A stretch of 64,000 nucleotides of DNA from contig OZ241917.1 in NCBI GenBank assembly GCA_965203805.1, positions 3,872,001 to 3,936,000 on the forward strand. Reading direction: 5' to 3'. The translations under genes were made by a program, and so were the position numbers. Of the stretch, positions 50,337 to 61,691 are shown piece after piece (position 1 is the stretch's first letter; each line of letters starts with the position of its first letter). Under the pieces are notes generated by a model. It saw nothing but the letters and a program-made list of their open reading frames with translations, made no database searches and had not been told where the DNA came from. The stretch comes from Candidatus Latescibacterota bacterium. GTDB lineage: Bacteria > Latescibacterota > UBA2968 > GCA-2709665.

Positions 50337-51575
50337 ATGACTACGCCGTCACACAGTCGCGATGCAACAGCTACCATACGTGGGTACATGTATCAATTCG
50401 ACGCGACTATCCGTGCGATTCTCCAACTGCCGGAAGACGAGCACCTTGACGTTGAGGGTATAGAGGACTTCGATATCGGTGGCGACGAACCTACCGATCT
50501 TTTCCAGTGCAAGTACAGTGCTGCTAAACGCCTGACGCCAGCAGAACTCCGAGATGCGGTTTTGCCCATGTTGAAAGGGTATCTCACTCTCGACGTATCG
50601 GCGCGAAAGACGAGGCGATTTCATCTGTACGGGTACTACAAGGACTCTGCTCGCGGCGTTTCGCACCCAACGCTTCAAAAGTTGAAAGCCGCGCTCGTCC
50701 AGAGGAAGCGCGTCCCGAGGGCTGGCGGCAAGACCCACACGCAAGTCACTAATCTCCAGGCGACGCTTGGAGCAACCGATGCTGACCTGCAGGACTTCGC
50801 GAAGAAACTGACTATCCACATCGGTGAAGAATACGAGAAACACAAACAGGAAACCGTCGCTAGGTTGAAGGGCGAAATGGCGGTGACCGAGGTTGAGGCG
50901 AAGGAGCACTTGTATCCTTCGGCGTTCACTTTAGTTACCGCCCTGGCTACCGAAGACTCGCGGGCAAAGCGACGGACAACGAAGGCCGAATTCTGCTCGC
51001 AACTCATACCTTCTCGAACGCTCCTCAGCGCTTGGTTACTGAAGGAGTTGGGAAATGCCGCGTTTTGCCGTGACATGAGACAGTGCCACTTCAGTAAACA
51101 AAACATCGATGCGGCACATCGCTTCTTCATCGTTGACTGTACTCACCTAGCCACAAAGGCCGACCTATTGTCACTGCTGTACGCCCTGCGCCGTAAGTGG
51201 AGCAGCCACACAGTCCGTCGGAAGCCCGATGCCGAACGCTATGCACCGTACATCTATTTTCGTGGCCTCAATGAAAGTACCCTTATCGCGCTCAAGACGT
51301 CACTCCAAAGTGATGGTATCCGGTTCGTCGATGGTTTTGCTTTTGCCGGTGCAAGCTTCAAGGTTGAGCAACTTGCCACACCGCAGACATACGCGAACAA
51401 GATATCTCTCAGGTTTCTAAACTGCGAGGAGGACATGATTGCCACCCTGTCTTTCGTCAAAGGGCAGCGCGTCATCTACGAGTTCTTTCTCAATGCGCCG
51501 TTGTTGGTTGATGTCGGTGTGCGGTACACCGCATTGCCTGTGAACTCGATATCCATGATTGAGCGGATCATATAG
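50337..51575 (+). CDS. DUF4297-family nuclease (anti-phage partner of HerA)
   Basis: RDATATIRGYMYQFD..EGIEDFDI..FQCKY PD-(D/E)xK-like N-terminus; immediately upstream of a HerA ATPase. Confidence 0.82.
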   Translation: MTTPSHSRDATATIRGYMYQFDATIRAILQLPEDEHLDVEGIEDFDIGGDEPTDLFQCKYSAAKRLTPAELRDAVLPMLKGYLTLDVSARKTRRFHLYGYYKDSARGVSHPTLQKLKAALVQRKRVPRAGGKTHTQVTNLQATLGATDADLQDFAKKLTIHIGEEYEKHKQETVARLKGEMAVTEVEAKEHLYPSAFTLVTALATEDSRAKRRTTKAEFCSQLIPSRTLLSAWLLKELGNAAFCRDMRQCHFSKQNIDAAHRFFIVDCTHLATKADLLSLLYALRRKWSSHTVRRKPDAERYAPYIYFRGLNESTLIALKTSLQSDGIRFVDGFAFAGASFKVEQLATPQTYANKISLRFLNCEEDMIATLSFVKGQRVIYEFFLNAPLLVDVGVRYTALPVNSISMIERII

Positions 51576-51585
51576 GAGACTTTCG

Positions 51586-53335
51586 ATGCCCGACGACAAA
51601 CCAGCCGTTAATGCAGAAGTAATCGCCGTATACCCAAACCGTGTACGGATATCCGTAGACGATCTGTCGTCGTTCCGATATGCGGAAGAGAGCCTCCGTG
51701 TCGGCTCCTATCTCAAGGTTTCCGACAACGAAAACGTCGCGCTCATGTGTATAATCGAGAGTTTCTCAATTGAGGTGAGTGAGAGCCAGGAGGGGAAGAC
51801 GGACCGCCGCTACGTAATCGATGCTTACCCCCTAGGAACGCTCAGCGATGGTGAGTTTCGGCGTGGCGGCGATGAACTTGCAATCCCGCCCAAGAAAGTC
51901 GTTCCTGCGGCTAGTGCAGAAGTTGGGGCGATTTACACAAATGCCTTCGAAACTGGCAAGCGTTTCTCGTTCTCGACATTGGGTCGTAAACGCGAGATTG
52001 ACGTTCCCGTACATGGTGACAGGTTCTTTAACAAGCATATTGCAATCGTTGGTGCGACTGGATCTGGAAAATCGCATAGCATCGCAACGATAGTGCAGGA
52101 GGCTGTAGATGCCCGGCAGGGCGACTACAAGGGACTAAACAACGCCCACGTAGTTCTCTTCGACATCCACTCGGAGTATCGATCCGCATTCCCGAATGCA
52201 AGGGTCTTGGGAGTCGAGGACTTGACGCTTCCGTATTGGCTACTAAACGAGGATGAAATGGAGGAGATGTTCCTCGAATCTGGTGATCGTAACAACTACA
52301 ACCAGGAATCGATCCTCCGAACTGTCGTTACGCTCTGCAAAAAGTCAAAGAACCCTGAGGCGGAAAGGATCTACTTCGATAGTCCTCTCAAGTACGACAT
52401 TCAGGAGGTTGTCAACTGTTCTGATGAATCTTACGCGGGAAACAAAGGACGCTGAAGATCCCTTGCATATCGTCACCTCCGAAGGCGACAAGACATTCAA
52501 CGAGGAAGAGAACAAGCTACGGTGGTATTGCGTCAAACGTCGCACTTTTGCTTCCCCACAAAGGGCCTCAAAGGAGAAGACCGGCATCAATAAGGGCGCT
52601 TACGCCGACGGAAGCATCGACAAGTTTGTGCGGCGGCTTTCCGCAAAGATTGGCAACCCACGCCTAGACTTCATTTTTGGGAAGAAAGCCTCCGGCATGG
52701 AGTTTGAAGCCGTACTGGAGCAACTAATGGGGTACGGGGACGACAATTCAGCCAACGTGACAATTCTGGATCTGAGCGGAATTCCCTTTGAAGTCATTAG
52801 CATTACCGTGTCCTTAATCACGCGTGTCTTGTTCGACTACGGGTACTACTTCCGACGCTCCAAGCAACGATGCGATACGCCGCTTCTACTCGTGTATGAG
52901 GAAGCCCACAAGTACGCACCCAAGAGCGAATTGGCACGATTCAGAGCTTCTTTGACAGCGATAGAGAGAGTGGCAAAGGAGGGGAGGAAATACGGCGTCA
53001 GCCTGCTGATTTCCAGCCAGCGTCCGTCAGAGATTTCTGAGACGATCTTTGCTCAATGCAGCAACTTTCTAGCGATGAGGCTGACAAACCCAGATGACCA
53101 AGCGTATGTCCGCAGATTGCTCCCGGACACGCTCGGCAACCTGACGTCAGGACTTCCGGCTCTTGAGTCGGGGGAGGCGTTGCTTATCGGAGATGCTACG
53201 ATCATGCCCTGCGTTGTGTATGTAAGGCCCTGCAACCCCGCGCCTTCATCAAGCGACATACCTTATTATCAGATATGGCAAGAGGCTTGGAAGTCGGTCG
53301 ATTTCGGAAGCGTGACGACGGAATGGCGCAGGTAG
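51586..53335 (+). pseudogene. herA: HerA/FtsK-like ATPase (DUF87), split by a +1 frameshift near 52419-52420
   Basis: Walker A GATGSGKS and FDIHSEY in the first frame; EEAHKY, AKEGRKYG, SQRPSE, RLTNPDDQ in the second; removing one T from TGTTCTGATG restores VVNC-LMNLTRE. Confidence 0.85.
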
Positions 53336-53625
53336 AGCGTGCGAATTTTTCTTCAGGAATAGTGAATGACCTCATATCAGAAACGGAGTGTGAAGCAGTG
53401 CCCTTCGCAATTGGCTTGCAGCCTCTAGCCTGCTTGGTTGGCGAAATTTGTAGCATTTGAGTCAAGTTTCATGCTGAGACCGCTCAAATGGGGCCTGTTT
53501 TAATGACACAGACACGCTCTTGCAACAACACGTCTCGGCGGTCTGAGGCGAAGCCTCGTTAGAACTTTGTTTGACATCGCGTATTATAAAAACCACAACA
53601 TAGAGTCTAAATAGGGAGATTTCGA

Positions 53626-54228
53626 ATGCGCGCATTTATCGTTACTCTATTTTTGCTTTGTTCGACAGCCGAAGGGTATGGACAAACTCGTGATGGTTTT
53701 TACCTTCGCCTAAACTCAGGATTGGGTAATTTGCGAGCCTCGGAGAAAGCAATTGAGGATGAGTTTACTTTAACGGGTGTTTCGGGTATTTCGTCGATCG
53801 CTGTTGGACATTCTGTTGCAACAAATTCGTTTATTAATGTTGACGTATTCGCGGGTGTTGTTTTGGACCCAAGTTTGGATTTTAATAGGGCTGCGTTAGG
53901 TAGGTTGACAGATGCAGAGATGTCAGTTGCGGGAATAGGTGTGGGAATTACTCATTACTTCATGCCGGCCAATTTCTATATTGCTGGTTCCCTTGGATTA
54001 GCTACAGCGGAGTTGAGTTACGCAAATACAACTATTGAAACAGATTCGGGTTGGGGGATAAATGCTGTAATTGGTAAAGAATGGTGGGTAAGCAAGTCTT
54101 GGTCATTAGGGTTGTCGGGTCAATATTTCTATGTTGTAGTGCCTGACAAAAGTATCAATTCTAATGCGACTTTTGATTTGAAAGCTCGTAGTTTTGGGAT
54201 TCTATTGTCAGCTTCATTTAATAAATGA
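53626..54228 (+). CDS. Small outer-membrane beta-barrel protein
   Basis: Signal peptide, alternating amphipathic strands (DGFYLRL, GITHYFMP, GKEWWVS), aromatic residue near the C-terminus; GGGAG RBS. Confidence 0.8.
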   Translation: MRAFIVTLFLLCSTAEGYGQTRDGFYLRLNSGLGNLRASEKAIEDEFTLTGVSGISSIAVGHSVATNSFINVDVFAGVVLDPSLDFNRAALGRLTDAEMSVAGIGVGITHYFMPANFYIAGSLGLATAELSYANTTIETDSGWGINAVIGKEWWVSKSWSLGLSGQYFYVVVPDKSINSNATFDLKARSFGILLSASFNK

Positions 54229-54420
54229 TCGAGATGTACGTGCTGTCGGTATCGAAAAATGAACTTAGTGGCGCGATTGGAGCCCGGAAGAAACACGATC
54301 CGGGCTCCTTTGCTATGTTTTTTTGAACCCATTGCGCCCGGCCCGTGTCTTTTGGGAAGGACGGGCTTTGGACATCAACCTCATTCAGATCTCCTCGAAG
54401 CGAGAGTAAGACGTCTTGCA

Positions 54421-56844
54421 ATGCCATCCCTGATAATTCGTCAAACGCGATGTTGCCGCGCAGGATTGGGTTCTTTCATGTTCGCGGTGCTGTGCCTCGG
54501 ACTCTGTGTCACGACACCGATTGCCGCTGGCGTGACACAGGTTGCCGACAGGCTCTATGAGTCAGCTCTAAAACAGGTCGGTCGCGTCACCGTCGAGGAG
54601 AGCCTGAAGGCATTTCGTGAAGTATTGAAGGCGGACCGGGACTTTGCGCCGGCCCATTACGAGATCGCGAAGCTATATATGTCGCTTGATACGCCCATGG
54701 ATCGCCAGAGCGCGCGCAGCTCGTTGGACGCGGCGATTCGGCTGGATCCTCGCAACGCGGATTATCAACTCACGCTCGGTGAGTTGCTCGGCAAGCAGGG
54801 ACTTTGGTTGAAGGCGGAACGGCATTACGAAAAGGTTTGTGAGACCTATCCTGAAAAACACGCCCAGGCGGCATATATGGTGGGCTTTTTCGCAATGCAA
54901 GCCTTCTTTAAGTACATAGATATGGAGCATATAGACGTAACCGCTGGGGCGGGCGGCCCCTCATATCACCTGTTTCGATGGGAGGAATTCGGTTCGCGAG
55001 ACCGCGAGAAAGCACTGGCATTCCTCACCAAAAGCATCGACGCCGATCCTGGCTTTCGGGAAGCTTATTATGATCTGGGACTGATTCACTATGAGAGCAA
55101 GAACCCGAAAGGATTGGTAACGGCATCAAAGCTATGTCTGGACCAGTATCCCGAGGACAAAGACGCGTTGCTCTATTGTGGATTGGGATACCAGGGGATG
55201 GGTGAATGGGAAACGGCTCATAGGTATTACAGGCGTGCCCTGGAGCGAATGTCTGCGGAGGAACGCGCGTTAATGGAGTCGGTGGACGTGATTGCAAGCC
55301 AGAAGGAACTATCGGTGATTGATTCAAATGCGACGTCCGATGCGACCCGAAACGGATGGACGGAAAGCCCTGAGCTTGTCCGGTTCTGGCGGAAACGTGA
55401 TCCACTTTACCTGACGGCGTTCAGCGAACGGCGGATGGAGCACTATGGACGCGTGGCGTATGCCAATCTCCGGTATGGGCAGCGACTGAAGGGAATACCA
55501 GGATGGAAGACAGACCGCGGGAAGGCATATATCAAGTTTGGGCGGTATCTCAAAAAGAAAGCAGAGCGTCCTGAAATCGAAGGCGGTGTTGACTCGTTCG
55601 AGGGCAGCTTCCGCCGAGATTTCCACGGCGGTGACGAAACGTGGATCTATGAGGGATTTACGATTTCCTTTGTCAATAGCGACGGGCTGGATTCGTGGCG
55701 TTTCGATACCCGTCCGGGTCGGACATCGAGTCGGTACGTGTTCAATCATCAGCCTACCCATTTCATGGACCCTTATGGTCGTTTCAAATACCGAATCCCA
55801 TTCCAGATTGCAATCTTCAAGGACGGCGACAGCCGCCGCCTTGAACTGGCCTATGCGCTGCCCGAGTACAACGTAAGCCTATCGAATTCGGACCGGACTA
55901 TTGCTATTGAGAATGGAGTGTTTGTGTTTGACGAGGAGTGGGAGGAAGTGTATCGGAAGCATTCCGATCTCGAACTGAAGTGGCCCGAGTTGACACCCAC
56001 CGGGTATCCCGATGCAGACAGCTTGCGTAAAAATCATCTGGTGTTTCAGTTGGCCTTTGAGGTGCCGAATGGTAGTTACAACTTGGTTGGCGAGGTCCGC
56101 GACCTGAATCGCGGGTCGATAGGTACGTTTCGGGAAAGGCGCAGGTCCGAGACAGTAGATTCTTTGTTGTCAATGAGCGATCTGTTGCTGGCCACGCATA
56201 TCGAATCGCGAACACCGTTTCCGGAAGGAAGGAGCGATCTCACGATCGTGGCGAATCCACTGCGGACGTACCATCGGGCGGAGCCCGCGTTCATCTACCT
56301 GGAGGTTTACAACCTGAAGCGTGACAGATATGGACAAGCGGAGTACGAGATCTCGTATCAAATCGGCCGTCCGAAACAGAAGGAAATCGATCCGTTTCTG
56401 TTCCTGGCACAGCGGTTGCCGCATGGTGACGTTCAATTGGAAATGACACGTGCGCGAGGGATACACGGGGGCGAACCAGGTCTTCCGGCACGGCTCACTA
56501 TGGATGAAGATCAGACTCCAACGGGTGTCTTCATACCTGGCCGAAACGTGAGCCCGGACCTATTCGAACGGGGACGAGAAGACGAGGTGACGTACCGCGT
56601 TAGGTACGTCTTTCCGAAAGAAGATGAACTTGCCAGCCGGATCAAGGAGATGGGCCGGAGCAAAGAGGGTGTGGAGACGACAATCACGGCGCGCTATGAG
56701 GGCAGCCGGGAGGATGACTTCACGTATTTGCAGATTGACCTGAGCCACGTGCCTGCGGGAGTGCACCTCCTATCGGTGCGGCTGAAAGACATGCATACCG
56801 GTCAGGAAGCGTCGCGGGATGCGTTGTTCCGGGTAATTGAGTGA
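54421..56844 (+). CDS. TPR + GWxTD domain protein, tandem copy 1
   Basis: TPRs; FWRKRDP..ERRMEHYGRVAYAN..GWKTDRGKAYIKFG; MSDLLLA..ANP..YLEVYNL. Confidence 0.9.
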   Translation: MPSLIIRQTRCCRAGLGSFMFAVLCLGLCVTTPIAAGVTQVADRLYESALKQVGRVTVEESLKAFREVLKADRDFAPAHYEIAKLYMSLDTPMDRQSARSSLDAAIRLDPRNADYQLTLGELLGKQGLWLKAERHYEKVCETYPEKHAQAAYMVGFFAMQAFFKYIDMEHIDVTAGAGGPSYHLFRWEEFGSRDREKALAFLTKSIDADPGFREAYYDLGLIHYESKNPKGLVTASKLCLDQYPEDKDALLYCGLGYQGMGEWETAHRYYRRALERMSAEERALMESVDVIASQKELSVIDSNATSDATRNGWTESPELVRFWRKRDPLYLTAFSERRMEHYGRVAYANLRYGQRLKGIPGWKTDRGKAYIKFGRYLKKKAERPEIEGGVDSFEGSFRRDFHGGDETWIYEGFTISFVNSDGLDSWRFDTRPGRTSSRYVFNHQPTHFMDPYGRFKYRIPFQIAIFKDGDSRRLELAYALPEYNVSLSNSDRTIAIENGVFVFDEEWEEVYRKHSDLELKWPELTPTGYPDADSLRKNHLVFQLAFEVPNGSYNLVGEVRDLNRGSIGTFRERRRSETVDSLLSMSDLLLATHIESRTPFPEGRSDLTIVANPLRTYHRAEPAFIYLEVYNLKRDRYGQAEYEISYQIGRPKQKEIDPFLFLAQRLPHGDVQLEMTRARGIHGGEPGLPARLTMDEDQTPTGVFIPGRNVSPDLFERGREDEVTYRVRYVFPKEDELASRIKEMGRSKEGVETTITARYEGSREDDFTYLQIDLSHVPAGVHLLSVRLKDMHTGQEASRDALFRVIE

Positions 56845-56877
56845 ACGCGAGCAAATAGAAGTTCACGAGGTGCTGTT

Positions 56878-59202
56878 ATGGCATTTCGAATATTTCGTCA
56901 CATCCAAAGATGGTTTAGGAGGTTTACTTCCTATGTAGTTGTACCTTTTTGCCTTGGATTCTCTGTCATTTCACCACTCGAAGGCACGATGAAGCAGTAT
57001 GCCGATACGATTTTCGAGTCAGCGCTGGAACAGGTCGGTGATGTTGCCATCGAGCAGAGCCTGCAGGACTTCCGAGCCGTATTGAAGGTGGACCCGGACT
57101 ACGCACCGGCTCACTACGAGATGGCGAAATTGTATATGTCGATGAATACGCCGCTTACCCGCCAGAGCGCGCGCAAGTCGCTGGACGAGGCGATTCGGCT
57201 GGAACCGGGCAACGGAGACTATCAACTGATGCTCGGTGAGTTGCTCGGCAAGCAGGGACTTTGGTTGAAGGCGGAACGGCATTACGAAAAGGTTTGTGAG
57301 ACCCATCCTGAAAGACTTGCCGAGGCGGCGTATAGGGTAGGCTTTTTTTCCATGCAGGCGTTCCTGAAGTATATCAATCTGGAGCACGTGGATATCGTCG
57401 ACGGGGGGGGGGCGGGCCCACCAACGTATCACCTGTTTCGTTGGGAAGAACACGCTACGCGGGATCGGGAGAAGGCGTTGGCATTCTTGATAAAGAGCAT
57501 CGTGGCAGATCCTAAAAATCGTGACGCGTATTACGATTTGGGGCTGATCCATTATGAAAGCAAGAACCCTGAAGGACTCGTGAAGGCATCAAAGCTATGC
57601 ATGGATCAGTATCCCGAGGATAAGGACGCGCTGCTCTATTGTGGCTTGGGATACCAGGGGATGGGTGAATGGGAGACTGCCCATGAGTATTATATGCGCG
57701 CGTTGGAGCGAATGTCGACTGAGGAACGCGCTCTGATGGAGTCCGTGGACCTGATTGCAAGCCAGGAGGAACGATCGGTACTTGATTCGATTGCGACGAC
57801 CGATACGACCCGAATCGGATGGACGGATAACCCTGAGCGGGCGCGATTCTGGCGGAAAGGTGATCCACTTTACCTGACGCCATTCAGCGAGCGGCGGATG
57901 GAGCACTATGGACGCCTGGCGTATGCCAATCTTCGATATGGGCGGCGACTGAAAGGGAAACCGGGATGGCAGACGGACCGCGGGAAAGCACACATAAAGT
58001 TCGGGCCTGCTCTCAACAGGAAGGCAAGGCGGCTTGAGATCCCAGGAGGTGTTGACTCGTTCGAAGGCAGGTTCGGCCAAAATATCCAGGGCGGTGACGA
58101 GGAGTGGTACTATGAGGGATTCTCGATCTCGTTTGTCAACAGCGACGGTCTGGATTTGTGGCGTTTCGACACCCGTCCGGGTCGGACATCGGGACGGTAT
58201 ACGTTCAATCATCGACCAACACACTATATGGACCCGTTTCGTCATCACAAATACAGAATCCCATACCAGGTGGCAAGCTTCAAGGATGGTGACAGCGTCC
58301 GCGTGGAACTGGCGTATGCGCTGCCGAAATACAATGTATCTGCCTCGGATGCGGACAGTGGTTTTGTATTGGAAAACGGAGTATTTGTGTTTGACGAGAA
58401 CTGGGACGAGATATATCGGAAGCGGTCGGATCTCAACCTGAGTTGGCCTGAGTTAACGCCCAGCGGGTATCCTGCTGCGGACAGCTTGCGGAATAGTCAC
58501 GTGGTGTTTCAGTTGGCATTCAGGGTGGCCCCCGGCACGTACCTTCTGGTCGGCGAGGTGCGGGAGCGGAAGCGCGGGTCGATAGGTACGTTCCGTGAGG
58601 AGCGTGGCTTTGCGACCGCGGATACAGTGTTGTCGCTGAGCGATCTGCTGTTGGCCACGCAAATTGAGACGGGGTCGCCTTTTCCGGAGAAGAGAAGTCA
58701 CCTCAACGTCGTTGGGAATCCGCTGCGGACCTACGATCGGTCGGAGCCCGCGTTCATGTACCTGGAGGTTTACAACCTGAAGCGAGATGAGTACGGACGC
58801 ACGGAATATGAGATCTCCTATCGCATCGGGCGGCTTGGCAAAGAAGAGATCGATCCGTACGAGTTCATAGCGGAGCGATTGCCGGGGAATGGCAAGCCGT
58901 CGGGTGCTGCACAGGTGCATGTGACACGCAACGAACGACTTGAGGTGACAGAGGTGGAAGAGGTTCGGGAGGGCGAGGACGATGAACGGGCCAGGCGGAT
59001 CAAAGAAGCGGGACCCAGCGGAGAGGAGTTGGAGACGACGGTAACAAGCCGATATGAGGGACAACGAGAGGATGACTTCACGTATCTGCAGATTGACCTG
59101 GGTCACGTCCCTGTGGGTGTACACCTGCTGTCAGTTAGGGTCAAAGACGTGAAAACCGGACAGGTGTCTACGCGTGAAGAGACGTTCCGTGTGATCGAGT
59201 GA
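56878..59202 (+). CDS. TPR + GWxTD domain protein, tandem copy 2
   Basis: Paralogous to copy 1; GWQTDRGKAHIKFG. Confidence 0.9.
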   Translation: MAFRIFRHIQRWFRRFTSYVVVPFCLGFSVISPLEGTMKQYADTIFESALEQVGDVAIEQSLQDFRAVLKVDPDYAPAHYEMAKLYMSMNTPLTRQSARKSLDEAIRLEPGNGDYQLMLGELLGKQGLWLKAERHYEKVCETHPERLAEAAYRVGFFSMQAFLKYINLEHVDIVDGGGAGPPTYHLFRWEEHATRDREKALAFLIKSIVADPKNRDAYYDLGLIHYESKNPEGLVKASKLCMDQYPEDKDALLYCGLGYQGMGEWETAHEYYMRALERMSTEERALMESVDLIASQEERSVLDSIATTDTTRIGWTDNPERARFWRKGDPLYLTPFSERRMEHYGRLAYANLRYGRRLKGKPGWQTDRGKAHIKFGPALNRKARRLEIPGGVDSFEGRFGQNIQGGDEEWYYEGFSISFVNSDGLDLWRFDTRPGRTSGRYTFNHRPTHYMDPFRHHKYRIPYQVASFKDGDSVRVELAYALPKYNVSASDADSGFVLENGVFVFDENWDEIYRKRSDLNLSWPELTPSGYPAADSLRNSHVVFQLAFRVAPGTYLLVGEVRERKRGSIGTFREERGFATADTVLSLSDLLLATQIETGSPFPEKRSHLNVVGNPLRTYDRSEPAFMYLEVYNLKRDEYGRTEYEISYRIGRLGKEEIDPYEFIAERLPGNGKPSGAAQVHVTRNERLEVTEVEEVREGEDDERARRIKEAGPSGEELETTVTSRYEGQREDDFTYLQIDLGHVPVGVHLLSVRVKDVKTGQVSTREETFRVIE

Positions 59203-59234
59203 TTTGGGCAGATGTAAGTTCAGGAGGTCTCGTA

Positions 59235-61658
59235 ATGTCATTCCGAATAGTTCGTCACATCCAACGATACTGGAGAGGGTTACCTCCTACTGGTTTTGCG
59301 TTTATATGCTTCGGGTTCTATGTACCAATGCCGCTCGAAGCCACAACACAGCAATACGCCAATGAGCTATATGAAACTGCGGTAGAGCAGGTCGGTCGCG
59401 TCACCGTCGAGGAGAGCCTGAAGGCATTTCGTGACGTATTGAAGGCGGACCGGGACTTTGCGCCGGCCCATTACGAGATCGCGAAGCTGCATATGTCGCT
59501 TGACACGCCTATGGATCGTCAGAGTGCGAGAAAGTCGCTGGATGAGGCGATTCGGCTGGAGCCGGAAAATGGGGATTATCAACTGGCGCTCGGCGAGTTA
59601 CTCGGCAGACAGGGGCTCTGGATGATTGCGCAGCGGCATTACGGGAGCGTCTACGAAAAGCACCCGGAAAAACGCGCCGAGGCGGCATACATGGCGGGAT
59701 TTTTCGCAATGCAGAACTTTCTGAAGTATATCGATTTGGAGCATGTAGATATCGTTCAAGGAATGATGGGCGAACCTGATACGTATCATCCATTTCGCTG
59801 GGAGGAATACGGTGGGCGCGATCGCGAGAAGGCACTGGAATTCCTTATAAAGTGTATCGAAGCCGATCCTGGTTATCGACAAGCACATTACGATTTGGGC
59901 TTGATCCACTATGAGAGCAAGAACCCCAAAGGATTGGTAACGGCATCAAAGCTTTGTCTTGATCAGTATCCCGAGGATAAGGACGCGCTTCTGTATTGCG
60001 GTCTGGGATACCAGGGGATGGGAGAATTGGAGGCTGCCAATGAGTATTACATGCGCGCGTTGGAGCGAATGTCGGCGGAGGAACGCGCGCTAATGGAGTC
60101 GGTGGACCTGATTGCAAGCGAGGAGGAACTGTCGGCGCTTGATTCAATTTTGACGAGCGAAACGACCCCAAACGGATGGACGGATGACCGTGAACGGGTG
60201 CGATTCTGGCGGAAACGCGACCCACTTCACCTTACGGTATTCAGCGAACGGCGGATGGAGCACTATGGACGCGTGGCGTATGCCAATCTCCGGTATGGTC
60301 GACGATTGAAGGAAATGCCTGGATGGCAAACAGACCGAGGGAAGGCACACATCAAATTCGGGCACGCGGTTAAAAAGAGGGCAAGGCGACTTGAGATCCC
60401 AGGAGGTGTTGATTCATTCAACGGCGAGTTCGGCCGAACGATCCAGGGCGGTGATAAGGTCTGGTTCTATGAGGGATTCTCTATCTCGTTCGTCAACAGC
60501 GACGGTCTGGATTCGTGGCGTTTCGACACCCGTCCGGGCCGTGTTTCGGGTCGATATACGTTCGATCAGGAAGAACCCCATTTTCGTGATCCTTATCGAC
60601 TAAGCAAATACAGAGTCCCGTATCAGATTGCAAGCTTCAAAGACGGGGACCGTTACCGCATCGAACTGGCGTATGCACTGCCGAAATACAATGTGTCCGC
60701 CTCGGATGCGGAAATCGGTCTTGATTTGGAGAATGGCGTTTTTGTGTTTGACGAGGACTGGGCCGAAGTGTATCGCAAGCGTTCAGATATTAGCCTGAGA
60801 TGGCCAGAGTTGACACCGAGCGGGTATCCCAATGCGGACAGCCTGCGCATAAGTCATCTGGTGATCCAGTTGGCGTTCGAGGTGCCGCCAGGCAGGTACA
60901 ACTTGATAGGCGAGGTGCGGGACCGCAAGCGGGGGTCAATAGGGACATTCCGTGAGGAGCGTGGCTTAGCGACCGCGGACTCTGATCTGTCGATGAGCGA
61001 TCTGCTGTTGGCGACGCAGATAGAGACCGGGTCGTCTTTTCCGGAGAAAAGAAGCCACCTCAACATAGTAGCGAATCCGCTGCGGACCTATCATCGGTCG
61101 GAATCCGCGTTCATCTACTTGGAAATGTATGAACTGAAGCGGGACGAATTCGGTCGAACGGAGTATGAGATTTCCTATCGCATCGGTCGACCCGTAGGAG
61201 AAGAAATAGACCCGTACATGTTCATGTCTCAACAATTGCCTGTTGGCGGCGAGCAAATTGAAGTGACTCACGTTCTTGGGTCACACGAGTCGAGCATGCG
61301 CCAACGAATGCGAGTGTCGGAGGAAGAAGAACAGCAGCATCATGGCTTGTCGGTTGCGTCGCAAGAGGTCGTTCAGGGTAATCTCAAGAGCAAGGATGAA
61401 TTAACGTACCAGGCAAAGTTTATATTTCCGGATGAGGATAAACTTGCCAGCCGGATCAAGGATTTGCATCCAAACGAGGAAGGGGTAGAAACAACAATTA
61501 CTGCACGATATGAGGGACACCGTGAGGATGACTTCACGTATCTGCAAATCGACCTGAGTCACGTGCCAGTGGGCGTGCATCGGTTGTCGGTTAGGGTCAA
61601 GGACATGCATAACGGACAGATGACGGCACGGGAAGAACTGCTGCGTGTGATCGAGTGA
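59235..61658 (+). CDS. TPR + GWxTD domain protein, tandem copy 3
   Basis: AGGAGGT RBS; GWQTDRGKAHIKFG. Confidence 0.9.
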   Translation: MSFRIVRHIQRYWRGLPPTGFAFICFGFYVPMPLEATTQQYANELYETAVEQVGRVTVEESLKAFRDVLKADRDFAPAHYEIAKLHMSLDTPMDRQSARKSLDEAIRLEPENGDYQLALGELLGRQGLWMIAQRHYGSVYEKHPEKRAEAAYMAGFFAMQNFLKYIDLEHVDIVQGMMGEPDTYHPFRWEEYGGRDREKALEFLIKCIEADPGYRQAHYDLGLIHYESKNPKGLVTASKLCLDQYPEDKDALLYCGLGYQGMGELEAANEYYMRALERMSAEERALMESVDLIASEEELSALDSILTSETTPNGWTDDRERVRFWRKRDPLHLTVFSERRMEHYGRVAYANLRYGRRLKEMPGWQTDRGKAHIKFGHAVKKRARRLEIPGGVDSFNGEFGRTIQGGDKVWFYEGFSISFVNSDGLDSWRFDTRPGRVSGRYTFDQEEPHFRDPYRLSKYRVPYQIASFKDGDRYRIELAYALPKYNVSASDAEIGLDLENGVFVFDEDWAEVYRKRSDISLRWPELTPSGYPNADSLRISHLVIQLAFEVPPGRYNLIGEVRDRKRGSIGTFREERGLATADSDLSMSDLLLATQIETGSSFPEKRSHLNIVANPLRTYHRSESAFIYLEMYELKRDEFGRTEYEISYRIGRPVGEEIDPYMFMSQQLPVGGEQIEVTHVLGSHESSMRQRMRVSEEEEQQHHGLSVASQEVVQGNLKSKDELTYQAKFIFPDEDKLASRIKDLHPNEEGVETTITARYEGHREDDFTYLQIDLSHVPVGVHRLSVRVKDMHNGQMTAREELLRVIE

Positions 61659-61691
61659 TGGCGTGCACATGTAAGGTCAGGAGGTCTTGTA

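Noticed and set aside
52400-52460. Programmed ribosomal frameshift in HerA
   Set aside because: No slippery heptamer, homopolymer or obvious stimulator; a simple indel or sequencing error is more likely.
53435-53456. Possible second sigma54 promoter upstream of the beta-barrel gene (TTGGCGAAATTTGTAGC)
   Set aside because: GG-to-GC spacing is off by one base from the strict -24/-12 requirement.
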